Source: Eledone cirrhosa (Eukaryota). Taken from it: a stretch of DNA of 64,000 bases. The DNA lies in the NCBI GenBank assembly GCA_964016885.1, contig OZ024741.1:285448001-285512000 (forward strand), in the 5' to 3' direction. Positions 1 to 13,166 of this stretch are shown here, piece by piece. A program made the position numbers and the translations under genes. A model generated the notes under the pieces. It was not told the origin of the DNA and searched no databases. It saw only the letters and a program-made list of their open reading frames with translations. Positions within the stretch are counted from its first letter, which is position 1. Every line of letters starts with the position of its first letter.

Positions 1-619
1 ACAGATATGATAGAGACACTATAATTATTTGTGGTTGACTTTTTAAGTATAGGTTTAGAATTAATATCCTTCAAATTATTATGGTTGTCTGTCTAGGTTA
101 ATAAAATTATTATAGGGGTGTCGAACAAAATATCTAGTGATACGGAGTTACGTCCTTTTAGCTTCATCGATCAAATCCTGAAATGGTCAAGATTGCTTAT
201 CATAATTTATGGGTGTATAAATTAGGCATTCGTTAAATTATTGAGTAGATTTAATTGTATGCGCTCCCGCTTATAAAGTGTATGTTTATGAGCCTAGGAT
301 AGAAAATATTTTTGCTATCATCAAAGTATGCAAATGTTTATTGAAATGGGCGCTATACATAAAGCACACAGAATAAGTTTCTATTCACATATATTTTCTT
401 ATGAAAAAAAGAAAGGAAAAAAATGCAGATATCCTGAAAGTAATTATATTTTATTTAAAAGGTATTACAGTAAGTAGTTAAATGAAAATTAGTCGACGTT
501 AAAATATTCATTTCTAGCAATTTTCGATTGTGCTAATATGATTTCGATTAATGTACAAATTTGTTTGCCTTTTTCAACGTCTAACGTTATAACTATGTCT
601 CTCCCTCGCTTGACATGGA

Positions 620-661
620 TATCTATCTATCTATCTATTTATCAGTCTATCTCTCTGTCTG

Positions 662-720
<59 letters not shown>
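620..720. repeat. (TCTA)n microsatellite, flanking Tx1-like LINE copies
   Basis: Direct read. Further TCTA tracts at 1219-1267, 1476-1497 and 2490-2540. Confidence 0.95.
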
Positions 721-721
<1 letters not shown>

Positions 722-1218
722 AGGAGAGGCGGATTTCCTCTGCCTGGTGGCTATGGCGAAAGAGGTAATATGGTGGACGAGGTTAAAAGGACTGAGGGCA
801 AACACCTTTCTCTCCAGACAACAACTTATCCCCTTCTTTAAGTATCACTTCAGAAGGAAGGTGAGAGTAGAGAGAGAGGTGCTACACCCCAGTAAATTCG
901 CTGAAAGGTGGGTGAATGTTGCAAAAATGGCCCGAGTGAATGGGCCTTCTCTGTTTATAAACCTGTAGGTTGAGGAAGATAAACAGAGGGAAGACAGGAA
1001 CACCTACGAAACGTGTTCCTGGTGTTGAGGGTTGTTCTATCCACGGGGTGTAAAACAACCCTGCAGTAACGTTCCCCCCTATTGGGGATTTCAATTGTTA
1101 TTTTATTATATATAGTTTATTATTATTTAATAATGTTAAAGTTATTTTTATGTAAAACCCCGCCGTCACGTCTTGTAATGTCCCATTTTTGTACGCCTCT
1201 GCAGCAAATAAAGAAAGA
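721..1218 (+). mobile_element. Tx1/L1-clade LINE, 5'-truncated 3' end (ORF2 C-terminus plus 3'UTR)
   Basis: Encodes AMAKEVIWWTRLKG...SKFAERWVNVAKMARVNGPSLFINL*, followed by a UTR with AATAAA. Nearly identical to 50725-51222. Confidence 0.85.
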
Positions 1219-1224
1219 TATCTT

Positions 1225-1267
<43 letters not shown>

Positions 1268-1268
<1 letters not shown>

Positions 1269-1475
1269 AAGGACTGAGGGCAAACACCAGGGTTGTTCTA
1301 TCCACATGGTGTAAAACAACCCCGCAGTAACGTTCCCCCTATTGGGGATTTCGATTGTTTTATTTTGTATATATTTTATTGTTATCCATTATTATTGTTA
1401 AATTTTTATGTAAAACCTCCGCCGTGATGTCTTGTAATGTCCCATTTTTGTACGCCCTTGTGGCAAATAAAGAAA
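1268..1475 (+). mobile_element. Internally deleted Tx1-like 3' fragment
   Basis: aaaggactgagggcaaacacc (as at ~786-806) is joined directly to 3'UTR sequence (as at ~1028 onward), ending with AATAAA then TCTA. Confidence 0.75.
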
Positions 1476-1499
1476 TCTGTCTATCTATTTATCTATCAG

Positions 1500-2490
1500 T
1501 TTGTCTTTCCCGCAGCTCGTCTGGCTGACGGAGCTGCGAAAACGATGGGCGCCTGGCACATTGAATGCGCTCAGGCGCTCACAGTCCTCTGGCAAGCGGG
1601 CACAGCAATCAGTGGAAACTCCACTTCGACATTCTATAGAGGGATTTACGTTACAAGGGCGACGACGTGCTCGGAGAGACTCTGGGCGTCGAAGACGATG
1701 AGCTCACCAGTCTGTATGGTAGGACTTTCCACCCGTGACCTATGGACGACATCCAGAGGTCCCTGGCCTGGCAGTGCTACCGAGGCGCTCTACCAGTTCG
1801 AGACAAGATCTACAGGCACGGACGCCCCGGCAGGGATCCTTCCAAGAGGACGTGTCCAAGATGCGCGCAGGACATTGAAACCGTCCTGCACGCAATTGTA
1901 CACTGCCCGGGCGTAAGCGACCTGTGGAACTATGCAGAACAACTGCTGTTGCGTATGGGACAAATCCAGTTGACTGCCGAGTACATAGTAAGGATCAAAC
2001 CGCCAGCCTCTTTCAAAAACGAAAGAGAGGCGGTTTTCTTCTGTACAGTGGCTATGGTGAAAGAGATTATATGGTGGACGAGATTGAGAGGACTGATGAC
2101 AGATGCCTTTCTCTCCGGACAACAATTGATTCCCTTCTTTAAGTATCACTTTAGAAGGAGAATCAGAGTGGAGAGAGAGGCACTGCACCCCAGTAAATTT
2201 ACTGAAAGGTGGGTGAATGAAGCGAAAATGGCCCGAGTGATTGGGCCTTCTCTGTTTATAAACCTGTAGGTTAAAGAAGAGAGCAAAAGGAAGAAAGGAG
2301 CACTTGCACAACACGCTCCTGAAGTTGAGGGTTGTTCTATCAACCCATTTGTGGCGCTTCCCCCCTATTGGATATTTCGATTGTTATAATTGTTTGTTTT
2401 ATATTTTTACACGACTGTATGTAAAGTTCCCGGCATGTGTCTTTGTATTGTCCCCTTTTCTTGTGCGCCCTTGTGGCAAATAAAGAAATA
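1500..2490 (+). mobile_element. Tx1/L1-clade LINE 3' portion with zf-RVT-like Cys/His domain
   Basis: ORF 1742-2269 reads [11 protein letters not shown]...CPRCAQDIETVLHAIVHCP...LW, then 3'UTR, AATAAA and a TCTA tail. Confidence 0.88.
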
Positions 2491-2984
2491 TATCTATCTA
2501 TCAGTTTGTCTCTCTCTGTTTGTCTGTCTATCTATCTATTTTTATTACCTAATTCCCTATCTATTTATGTCAAAATTGTCATATGTGATGCTGGATATTT
2601 AAAATAAAACTACGATTCACATGAACGTGTAAATATGTCACTGTGCATTACAAATTGTGTCTCCGAACGATAATATATAAAATTAGTTGCCGTCCTTTCC
2701 ACTTTTCTCCTTCAAATATGTTTGTTTTATATCTTAACTGACAGCAACAAATAACAATGGCTATCTTCTTCAATGAATATATTGTGTGTAGCTCTGTCAA
2801 GATATTTATTGGATCCACACGAAGCTCTTACTGTATTAAGCTGAACATTTAATCACGATTTTGCTTCAAATTCCTGTACAACTAAAATTAATTTAGCACG
2901 AAACATTGCTCCATACACGTACACAAACACACCCTACAGCACACACAGACGCATACATACACATGCACGTGCATGAGTCTTGTT

Positions 2985-3560
2985 AATCGGTGTAGGAGAA
3001 GTAAGATATTCTGATAGTCGTTTTAATCTGGAATGTTTCGTTATCTAGTTTCCGAAAGAGTTATGATGGCTGCCCAGTGGTCTTGGATAAAGATATCCGT
3101 GGTGACAGGTGGGTGTCGCCTAGTTAAGATGTGACAGACTTGTAAAAGAACATTGCCTGGGTCGTATGCCACCGTTTTTCTTCGTGGGAGTGATTAGGTG
3201 AGGCGAAAATATGAGGCCTCGGGAATATGGTTCTGTAGTACCGCAGATGAACCTGTTAACGAGAGCCATAATTGCGCTCAGCACGCGGCGCCCGATTTCA
3301 ACAGGGAATGTCTGCAATAATTGTTTGAGTTGGGCATGTGGGAGACCAATGGCACCCTCGCTGCTGCTGGCAGAGAGGACCCCTTCGTTGGAGACTATGT
3401 ATGGCAGTTGAGGTCTACATGTGTCTCAAGAGTTTTGAGCCGGAGGGCGGGCAACACCTCCACGGTGGGATAGCGGAGGTTGTTGTCAGATTCGACAACT
3501 CTAACAGCAGCCGAGACATCGCCATTGATGAGCTTGGCGTTTACCCAGTCGCTAATGTTT
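2985..3560 (-). mobile_element. Degenerate CRE-like (restriction-endonuclease type) non-LTR RT fragment
   Basis: Minus frames give KLINGDVSAAVRVV, GLPHAQLKQLL, ALVNRFICG and LITPTKKNGGIRP, resembling the CRE/R2-group RT N-terminus. Frameshifted. Confidence 0.6.
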
Positions 3561-3884
3561 GATATGTAAAAAGTTTCTCGATTTAATTTTATAGTAATTT
3601 GATTTTTTTAAATTTAAGAAAGTATCTGTCCTTATATTTAACATTTCTTAACAGAAAGAATCAAAGCAAATTATAATATATATATGTTTATTTTTATTTT
3701 TATTTGTACCCATTCCACCGTTTTTCCTCACTTGTCCCCCCCCCCCCCTCAGAACTCTCTTCCCACCCACTTTTCTCCCGAAGAAGGGCTTATGCCCGAA
3801 ACGTCCCCCCACTCTCAAGAGTGTGAAACTAATAAACCTTTGTTTGTACTGCCTCTCTGTTTTTGTTCCCGTTCCAGTTTTCAC

Positions 3885-3915
<31 letters not shown>

Positions 3916-3925
3916 GTGTGTGTGT

Positions 3926-3969
<44 letters not shown>

Positions 3970-3970
<1 letters not shown>

Positions 3971-4117
3971 GGGTCCAATCGGGGGTAACCACAGAAAGTA
4001 TGGTACTCAATACATAGCGGAATATACATATTTAATATAGAAATACCTTCTACAGGTCTAGAACTGTTTCTTTCGAATGAAACAGCTCTAGTCCTGTAGA
4101 AGCCATTTCTATATTAA
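3970..4117 (-). mobile_element. Short fold-back PLE-terminus-like element, same family as 49900-50066 and 20100-20200
   Basis: Hairpin tttaatatagaaat..ttctacagg.ctaga.ctgtttc / gaaacag.tctagtcctgtagaa..atttctatattaaa, the shared ggtactcaatacatagc tail, and microsatellites on both sides. Confidence 0.65.
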
Positions 4118-4123
4118 ACACAA

Positions 4124-4206
<83 letters not shown>

Positions 4207-4257
4207 TATATGTATGTATGTATGTATATATGTATGTATATATGTATGTATGTTATT

Positions 4258-4288
<31 letters not shown>

Positions 4289-4859
4289 TATATAATATAT
4301 ATATATGCATGTATAAACATTTGAAATCGTCCTGAATTTAATGCTAGGCATTTAGGTATAATTGATGTAACAAGCACTCAGCAGTTTATGACAAACACGT
4401 GGGCAATAAAACTTTCTTGTTATGTAAGTGCATATTAAGAAACCTGTTAAAATTGAGTCGAAAGTGGTGGGAGAATAGATTGAATATCAATCGATAATAA
4501 TCATTACTTAAACTTTGTAGTGATCCAAGACAAATAACAAGATATTTAATTAATTATTGACCCGTCGAAATAATTCCCCATTTATAGCAATTAATTTGTC
4601 AGCCAACTGTTGGATAGGTATTAGTTCTCCAGTAATTACATCTAGTAAGGCTATTTCACTTACATTAACGAATAACAAGGAAATGGTTGATAGAGTTAAT
4701 TTATTGCAATCATTTGGTGCTTATTGAAGTGATATTCTAGCTGATATCAGCGAAACTAATATGGGTGGCATTTTGAATTGTAGGGTGGAACGATCTATTC
4801 CCTAGTGTGTAAACATTTTTTATTACAGCGTATAGAAAATTAGTTCTTTCTTTTATTCT

Positions 4860-4970
4860 GTAACTCCTGATGGAGTCGTAGGGGCGTTTCTTAGGGCATA
4901 TTTAAACTGGTGGTGCCCATTTGTCCAAGTCTGAAAACAGCAGATTTCTCCCAGAGAGGGATAGAGATAA

Positions 4971-5013
<43 letters not shown>

Positions 5014-5225
5014 AAGAGGGAGGGAGAGAGAGATGGAAGGTAAGTTAGAAAGAGACATAGAGGAAGAATAGACCCTCCAGTACTAGACTGGTACTTTTTA
5101 TCGACCTCGAATGGAATAAAGGCAAAGTTGACCTCGATGGGATTTGAACTCAGAGTGTCGAAACGAATACCGCAAAGCATTCTATCTGACTTTCTAACGC
5201 CTTTGCTAATTAGCCGCATTAGAAA
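4860..5225 (-). mobile_element. tRNA-derived SINE, long-tail subfamily with internal (TC)n
   Basis: B-box-like gagttcaaatccc followed by aactttgccttt..gaggtcgataaaaagtaccag. Tail shared with 8090-8340, 40320-40640 and 48520-48690. Confidence 0.7.
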
Positions 5226-5394
5226 ATTAGTCAAACGTACAAATCTGCTAATAAAATTTGTTTCTTCGATGTTCGGAATCAAAAGATTAGTACAAGCCAT
5301 CCAATAAAAGGTAGTTTATTGGTATTCTCCTCATCAGTTGTGTTGTTGATATGACTAAGTCAGTCAATATAACGTTGACCAATTGAAGCAATAA

Positions 5395-5540
5395 GGCAGT
5401 GAATTGGCAGAAGTCGGATAGAATCCTTTGCGGTATTCGTTCCCGCTCTCTCCTCTCTGAATTCAACTCCTGCCGGGCTCAACTTTGCCTTTGATTTTTT
5501 CGAGGTCGATTACAAAGTACCAGTCTAGTTACTGCGGTTG
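5395..5540 (+). mobile_element. tRNA-derived SINE
   Basis: gaattggcagaa...attcaactcc...caactttgcctttg...gaggtcgat...gtaccagtctag. Confidence 0.65.
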
Positions 5541-5717
5541 ATTATTCTTCTATATCTCTTTCTTACTTCCATTCTCCCTCTCTCGATATATGCATATATC
5601 ATTTTCTCGTTCTCTTGCTCTCTCGCTTCCTCGCTCTCTCGCTCTCTTTCTCACCAGCTCTCTCGTTAATATATGTAATCTACAATATTTTTGCGATACT
5701 TGTGAGTTTATACTTAC

Positions 5718-5857
5718 AACATCTATGATTTGCTGTAATGTAATTCCAAAGACGACAATTATGGACTCTGAATGGTTAGCTACGGGCCGTTCAAGAGGAT
5801 TGTAGGAGATAAAAAGAGTATCCAATAACCTTCGTTCTTCGGTACTTTGATGACTCC
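5718..5857 (-). CDS. Internal coding exon (exon 2 equivalent) of an alpha7-like nicotinic acetylcholine receptor subunit (Cys-loop ligand-gated ion channel)
   Basis: Translates (G)SHQSTEERRLLDTLFISYNPLERPVANHSESIIVVFGITLQQIIDV, containing the YNPLERPV and LQQIIDV motifs of alpha7-type nAChR N-termini. Flanked on the minus strand by acceptor atttgcag and donor gtaagt. Length 140 bp, phase 1 to phase 0, matching the exon 2 size and phase I recall for CHRNA7-type genes. Confidence 0.93.
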
Positions 5858-6847
5858 CTGCAAATAATATAATACAATAGTAATAGATTAGAAAATATTC
5901 TAAAAATGTCTCTATTGGAAATGTCATTTGAAAACATGGCGATCATGAAAGATTAAAAAAAAAACGTCAGTAAATAAAGGAAACAACATTACTGAAGAAT
6001 ATTAATTATCGTTCTCCAAAGGAAAGATAATATACGCAGCCATTAGATCACCGGATTAAATATTTGCGGCTTTTGTTTCGCCTCTTTCTGCTCCAAATCA
6101 AATACCACTGTAGTCAAATTCAATGGTCGATAAAAAAAAGTATCACTCCAAAGCTGTGAATTGACGGATATGTTAGATTATCGATCGGGATATTTTGCTA
6201 CATATGGTTCGGATTGTTTAAACCCCACATCTTGTCACCGAAGAAAAATCGTGATATAAGAGGATTAGAACGGTTATCTCTAAAATGCAAAGAAACCCCA
6301 CAGGAAACCAGCTAAATTTGCGCAGGCGTCAGCCGTAAAGCTGTGCAGGTGAGAGCCGTAAATCTACACAGGTGAGAGCCGTAAAGAAGGGTGTAGGTGT
6401 TATATTATCCCGCTTATTTTTTCTGGAAACAGTCATTGGACAATGATCTTGTTACTGGAGTTGAGGGACTCACTATGTTGACACTAAGGAGTAGACTTTT
6501 ACATTTATCCCCTCCTTTTCTCAGTCTGTCTGTCTGTCCTCTCTCTCTCTCTCTGCATACACACATACAAACACACACATACATACACACGCATATAAAA
6601 ACACATATATATACATCCAAGATGGCTGACTGAACAAAATCCTTTTCTTACTCTCGATTATCCTATTCTATCTCCCATTCTATGTTCCAATGAAGGGCTA
6701 CCGACCGAAACATTAATACACTTTTCCTACTATATCAAGCCTTAAACTAGTATAAGCAAGCATTGTACTGCATTGGTATCCTGTGTTGTTTTTCCTCGTT
6801 GAATTATCCCATACTCACAAGGACCTCTCTCCACCCCCCACCCCCAC

Positions 6848-6958
<111 letters not shown>

Positions 6959-7033
6959 TATTGAAATTTCCGTTGAAAACAGAAAAGGTCATAGAAGTGA
7001 AGAGTGCTCTATGTAATAACCAGAGCAAAATTT

Positions 7034-7194
7034 AATGTATAAAAATCAATACAATATAATTACTTCATTACCAGAGGTTTCCCGAATGAGGCGAATACGA
7101 AAGAAACGTCTTCATTCGTTCGTCAGACGAGGCAATATGCTTTCGGGAAACCTCTGGTAATGAGGTAATTATATTGTATTGATTTGTATACATT
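7034..7194. mobile_element. 160-bp fold-back element next to (TA)n
   Basis: Inverted arms 7034-7085 and 7142-7194. Confidence 0.85.
7063..7132 (-). ncRNA. Type I hammerhead ribozyme motif with canonical core
   Basis: Minus strand: cctcgt-CTGACGA-a-cgaatga..tcattcg-g-GAA-acc-tct-ggt-A-atgaag. Stems I, II and III can all form. Confidence 0.8.
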
Positions 7195-8089
7195 ATATAT
7201 ATATATATATTATGTACATATCGGTGTATTCAATTATATATAGAAAATCCTAGCGCTTCTTTCTCTATATAATTGAATACATCAACATGTAGTACTGTAA
7301 TTAGTGCAGGATGTAATTGTGACAATAAACGAATTCTACCTTACATTACAATATTCATGTTGGGACAGATTTCTATCAACGATGCTTGTTTGGTAATTGA
7401 AAAGACAAGATGTTTTGGGCACGGAAATCTACGCACTCCTAATCCAAAAACACAGGTGCTTCGGTGAAGAATTTGACAGGCTGCAATTTTAGAGTTTGTG
7501 AAATATGATTTAAACGGTATACCATTATTAATTTCTATTTATGGAATATAGCTTGTTAATGCAGTTTAAACTGTTGGTAGAATATCAAACAAAATATTTG
7601 TTTGGTATTTAGTTACGGCATTCTACGTTCAAATCTTGGATTCAATTTCCAGCTTGATGGAACTTAAACATGGGTGTTGAGGGCTGTACATTTTAAGGCC
7701 AGACATTTTAGATGAGGGGAAGAGTCAATTATATTGATTCCATTACATGATTTTTACTATATTTTACCGACTCCAGAATGATGAGAGTGTAAATATTTTA
7801 CCGACTCCAAAAGGATGAAAGGGTAAATTCAGCGTCGGCAAGATTTGAACTTAGAAGTTAAAGATCTTTAATGGAATATTGCAATGTATTTCATCCGGCA
7901 CACAAACGATGAGTTGAATAAATGAGATTAATCAAATCATAAAAATGGGTTGCATATCTACTAATTACAGAATTAAAATTAAATTTCTGTTGCAAATAAT
8001 TATTCTTGATATTTGATTTAATTCGTTAAATAAAAAAAATCAATTTGAAGATTCTGTTTAAATTCCCATGGTGTTGTATATGTATTTAT

Positions 8090-8345
8090 GGACCCCTAAC
8101 TCCTGATGGAGTTATAGGGGCGTTGTAGTGACATACAGCATGTCTTGAGCCTTTACTTTTTAAAGCTGGCGGAACCCGCCCTCTCCTGAGAGAGAGAGTA
8201 TGTTGTTTGTGTGTGTGTGTCTGTGTGGTTGAGAGAACGTAAGAAAGTACTGGCAAAGATAAAAGGCAAAGTTGACATCGGCGAGGGTTGAACTCAAAAT
8301 GCAGAGAACCAGCCTGAATACCACAAAGCGTTTCACTCATCTGTC
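8090..8345 (-). mobile_element. tRNA-derived SINE, long-tail subfamily
   Basis: aaggcaaagttgacatcggcgagggttgaactc head plus the taactcctgatggagtta tail hairpin. Confidence 0.6.
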
Positions 8346-9337
8346 TATCGTTTCCCCCAATCGCTTCTATTCTGTAGTTCCACAGATTTATCTTAACGTT
8401 AGGTATACCGATTAAATTTTTTCTAAAACTTATCAGTTTTATTTGTTATATAAAAACATTTTGTCAATTCAAACGGTAACACTAAGAATTCGGTCTAGAT
8501 ACATGTGAAGGAAAATCAAAAAATTAGTTTATTTGAGCTTGGATGAAAAGTTAGGTATTGTAAGAAATATCAGTTTTGAGTTTTTGCACAGCTTACATGA
8601 ATCATAAATGAAGAATCGATTAATATCCACTCTTGAAATTGATTCAACAACCCCTTGCCTTCTATGATTCTGTCAGGACACTCCAAATACTAATTTATTT
8701 TCATTAATTGCTTTAGTAAACAATAGTTTCAAACAAACGAGCAGTTTCCTTTCTTTAGATTGACTTTGTGAAGGAAGCCTTAAATGACATGACTGCCCAT
8801 TGTCATGTAGAAATCTATGGTTTCATGGTTGTTTAAAAAGTATTAAAGGCTCTATTTTCACCCTAAAATCTCTTTGAAGATTTGTTAATGCGTGAAGCAG
8901 AATGGCAGATAGCCAATCAGTTTCAATAGAGAAACAAATGAGCAGAAATATCATTGCTCTTTTCTGCTATTAGAGCTGCCCTATGGCTAACACAAAGATA
9001 ACACACTATGAGGTGGAGTGGCTGTTCCAGCACGTCCCTCTCACCGACTCCCAGGGCAATGTATTCTCCATCTATTAGGCCGAGACCGATAGGCGGAGGG
9101 TAAGATAGTTGGAGGTGGAGGATATTCGTTCAGACGTCACACATATAGATACATGCATACATACATATATACATAATACATACATACATACAAAGATGGC
9201 TATTTAATATTTCTGTATAATGAACAAGTCTACCTAACAGATGGATATGTAAATTTCACCTAATTTTTTTACAAATCGTCCCTCAGACTGGAGTGCTCTA
9301 TCAACTTTGCATATAACCTTTTACGAAATTCCCTATA

Positions 9338-9711
<374 letters not shown>

Positions 9712-9792
9712 ACAAAACAGAAGGTCTGATTGGAAATATTCTTTAAAGTGTTAATGTTGCATAAACACTGTATGTGTGTATATATATATATA

Positions 9793-10545
9793 CTAGCCGA
9801 ATTACCCGCGCCTTGCTGCGTTTGATACATTTTTATTTGTAAGAAAATGATGATTGATTTTAAATCAGTGATATAATTTATGGAGAAAAACTCTGCATTT
9901 CAATATTACTCAATGTAAAATGTAATGCATGAAAAATTGGAAAACATTATTTTTGTAATATATCAAATCAAAATTACATTATCAAAACTTATTCTTATTT
10001 TGTTTCTTTTAAATAATTTGTCAAAATAGCAATTCAAAACTTTTGTGAATAGGCATCATATGGTTTAAATTTCATATAAATCGAAGGGAAAACATTTTCA
10101 GCGGGGGTTTGTGCCTCCGGGGAACCCTTTGATTAAAATGAAATATTCTTATCCAAGTACCCTGGGCAATGTAGTTTCAGAATATATATAGTTATGGGGG
10201 GTCTATCTCCAAAACTATAGGAGGAGTTCGTGAAATCTTGTTCCCTTTATTGGCCAAAACTTTAACTATCGGGGGTTTAACCTCCATTAGGGTGTCTTAA
10301 TATTATTGAAATTTGCTGAAAATCTGTGAGTAAGCATCATATTTTGTTATTTACCTATGGTTTAAATTTCATATAAATCGAAGTGAGAAAAGTTTGATTA
10401 AAATGAATTATACGCAATAAAGCAAATGGGCATGAACCCCCACACACTCGTGTCTAGTTTCATCAAGATCAGTTTGGTAGTTTTTGAGTTTTAGGTTCAC
10501 AAACAAATCCACAAACAGACAGTAACATTTTCTCTTACAACTAAT
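9793..10545 (-). mobile_element. Non-autonomous Helitron-like element
   Basis: The minus strand ends in CTAG (9793-9796), preceded about 11 nt upstream by a GC-rich hairpin (cgcagc-aag-gcgcg). Internal duplication (tatggtttaaatttcatataaatcgaag at ~10059 and ~10356). Far boundary is approximate. Confidence 0.55.
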
Positions 10546-10715
10546 ACATGCCGACTATATATGCTCTCTCCACTTTTCCCTTCACTGCTCTGTACACACA
10601 TACACACCCTTATATTAACATACTTTTGCTCATAGCTTCGTACTTACATGCACACACACACACTCTTTTACTCACATATACACACACATTTCTTCTTCGC
10701 TTCGTACGGACGTAT

Positions 10716-10784
<69 letters not shown>

Positions 10785-11895
10785 CTTACGCACGTGCTCA
10801 AGTATAGCTCTTTTTACAAAATGTTTTTTTCCATTTCAGGTAGACGCGCTCCATCATCCACTTTTCTAAAAATAAATCATACACAAAACGCCAGCACCAA
10901 CAGTTTTGCAAGAGATGTCAACATGAATCGACCTGTTATTTTTATCTAAATACATTTTTTTCCAATTCCAACCCGCCCGTCCCCTCAATCTATCTTATTT
11001 CTCATTCTTTCTTCTGATGAAGGACTAGCGTCCAAAACGTTAAAACACCTCTTCCTGCTATATCAAGCGTTAACCTAATATATCCCTTCCATGTACTGTA
11101 CCGATTGTGTTGTTATTTCTGTTTACCTTTTCCATATATATATGTATATAAATTACACAATAATCAAAACTATGTTCAAAACATTTTATTGATGACAACC
11201 GTTTCTTCCAAACTTTCGTTTGGATTCATCGGAGCACTAGCAAAGTTTAGACATATAATTAACTTCCTATTCGACATAACAATAATATAGATGCATAGAT
11301 ATTAATGTTGTTATCAACAGTTTCATATTTACAGAGTGGAGTGGATGGGGCAGAGATTACAAGAGAATAGTATAACAATTAAAGAGGCATTAAAACAGAA
11401 AGTTACTCGCAAAACGAGGACATTAGCAGTACATATGCAAGCGTATAGAGAGTGCAAATGTGTTATGCATGTACAGGATGGCTAGGTAGGAAACAATAGT
11501 ACTAGGTATATATATTACAGTATGGTAAAGGTATCACATAATATTACACAGGTTTACAAGCATATTAAGCAGACAAAGATGTTTGTGTATTAAAAGTAGT
11601 TTCTATGAAGTTTATGGTGGATGTAGTGTGATAATTGTTCCTGTAATGTTCAAATGTGCATGTGTTGTGACTATTAATATTATTGTTTTCTTTTCCATTA
11701 CATTGGTTATATTTTAGTGAATGTTTATAAGTAGTTACAACTATGGATTGTACATTGGTCCTATTAGATTCTTATTTATCTCAAATATTATACTCTACAA
11801 TAACTATTAAGAATAAACATAAAGTTACCACCATTTAATATAACTACTATAGTTTACTTATATTTTATACACTAATGGATAGATAATAATATAAT

Positions 11896-12075
11896 TGTTT
11901 CTACTTTTGGCATAATGCCCGCAAATACCCAGTGTATTACTGGTACTGTATTTTATCGACCCTGTAAGGATGAAAGGCAAGGTTAACCTCGGTGGGATTT
12001 GAACTTCGAATGGCAAGGGCCATAACTCTATGTGTCAAAGCATAGTGTCTGACCCTCTGCCGATACTGCCGATCC
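11896..12075 (-). mobile_element. tRNA-derived SINE inserted in the PLE1 pLTR
   Basis: Absent from the sister pLTR at ~15663-15671. Carries the SINE core ttttatcgaccc..aggatgaaaggcaa. Confidence 0.85.
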
Positions 12076-13166
12076 TTTAATGTATTATAGGAAAATAGAT
12101 TGTATTTAACATTAAATATATAAATAAATAGCATTATATAAACGGGATTCACTTATAATATAATATAATGTATATTAGCACAAGGAATTTAACTTATTGG
12201 AGCTGTGAACAACTATACATTTTTTTCTATTATATACAAATTAATCGCTAATTACTTTCCCTTTCACATTAGCTCTCCTTAATATAGATCTCTAACTCAC
12301 TTCCGGAAATTAAACCGTTAGAAGAATCACTCTAGAAGAAATCGAACCCTGGATAACAGACTAATAGGATAATGTACAATCCATAGTTGTAACTACTTAT
12401 AAACATTCACTAAAATATAACCAATGTAATGGAAAAGAAAACAATAATATTAATACTCACAACACATGCACATTTGAACATTACAGGAACAATTATCACA
12501 CTACATCCACCATAAACTTCATAGAAACTACCTTTAATACACAAACATCTTTGTCTGCTTAATATGCTTGTAAACATGTTTTATATTATGTGATACCTTT
12601 GCCATACTGTAATATATATGCCTAGTACCATTACTTGTTTCCTACCTAGACATCCTGTACATGCCTAACACATTTGCACTCTCTATAGCCTTGCATATGT
12701 ACTGCTAATTTCCTCGTTTTGCGAGTAACTTTCTGCCATAATGTCTCTTTAATTGTTATACCATTCTCTTGTAATCTCTGTCCCATCCACACCACTCTGT
12801 AAATATGAAACTGTTGATAACAACATTAATATCTATGTATCTATGTGATTGTTCTGTCGAATAGGAAGTTAATTATATGTCTAAACTTTGCTAGTGCTCC
12901 GATGAAACCAAACGAAAGTTTGGAAGAAACGATTGTTAGCAATAAAATGATTTGAACATAGTTTTGATTATTGTGTAATTTATATTCCTGCTCTGTAAAA
13001 CATCTGATGCATTTACATTGAGCTATTTTTCTTACTGGTAATAAAGTAGTAATGAATTACTGACCTTTCCTGTTTATAATTATATATAGTGTATATATAA
13101 GTATAAATAATATTATTATTATTAACTACTCCATACTATTGAGCTAACATAAATTAATTTACCAGT

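Noticed and set aside
5550-5927. Whole 125-aa ORF as a gene
   Set aside because: Only 5718-5857 is exon. The rest is intron read-through beyond the splice sites.
6325-6386. 21-bp repeat, about 3 copies (caggtgagagccgtaaa)
   Set aside because: Too short to interpret. Ordinary minisatellite.
11008-11048. HHR-like ctgatga-aggac-tagc-gtcc-aaaac, with similar relics at ~3775-3810 and ~6688-6718
   Set aside because: Core mutations (e.g. G12A) or no stem I. Probably decayed pLTR hammerheads, not called as functional.
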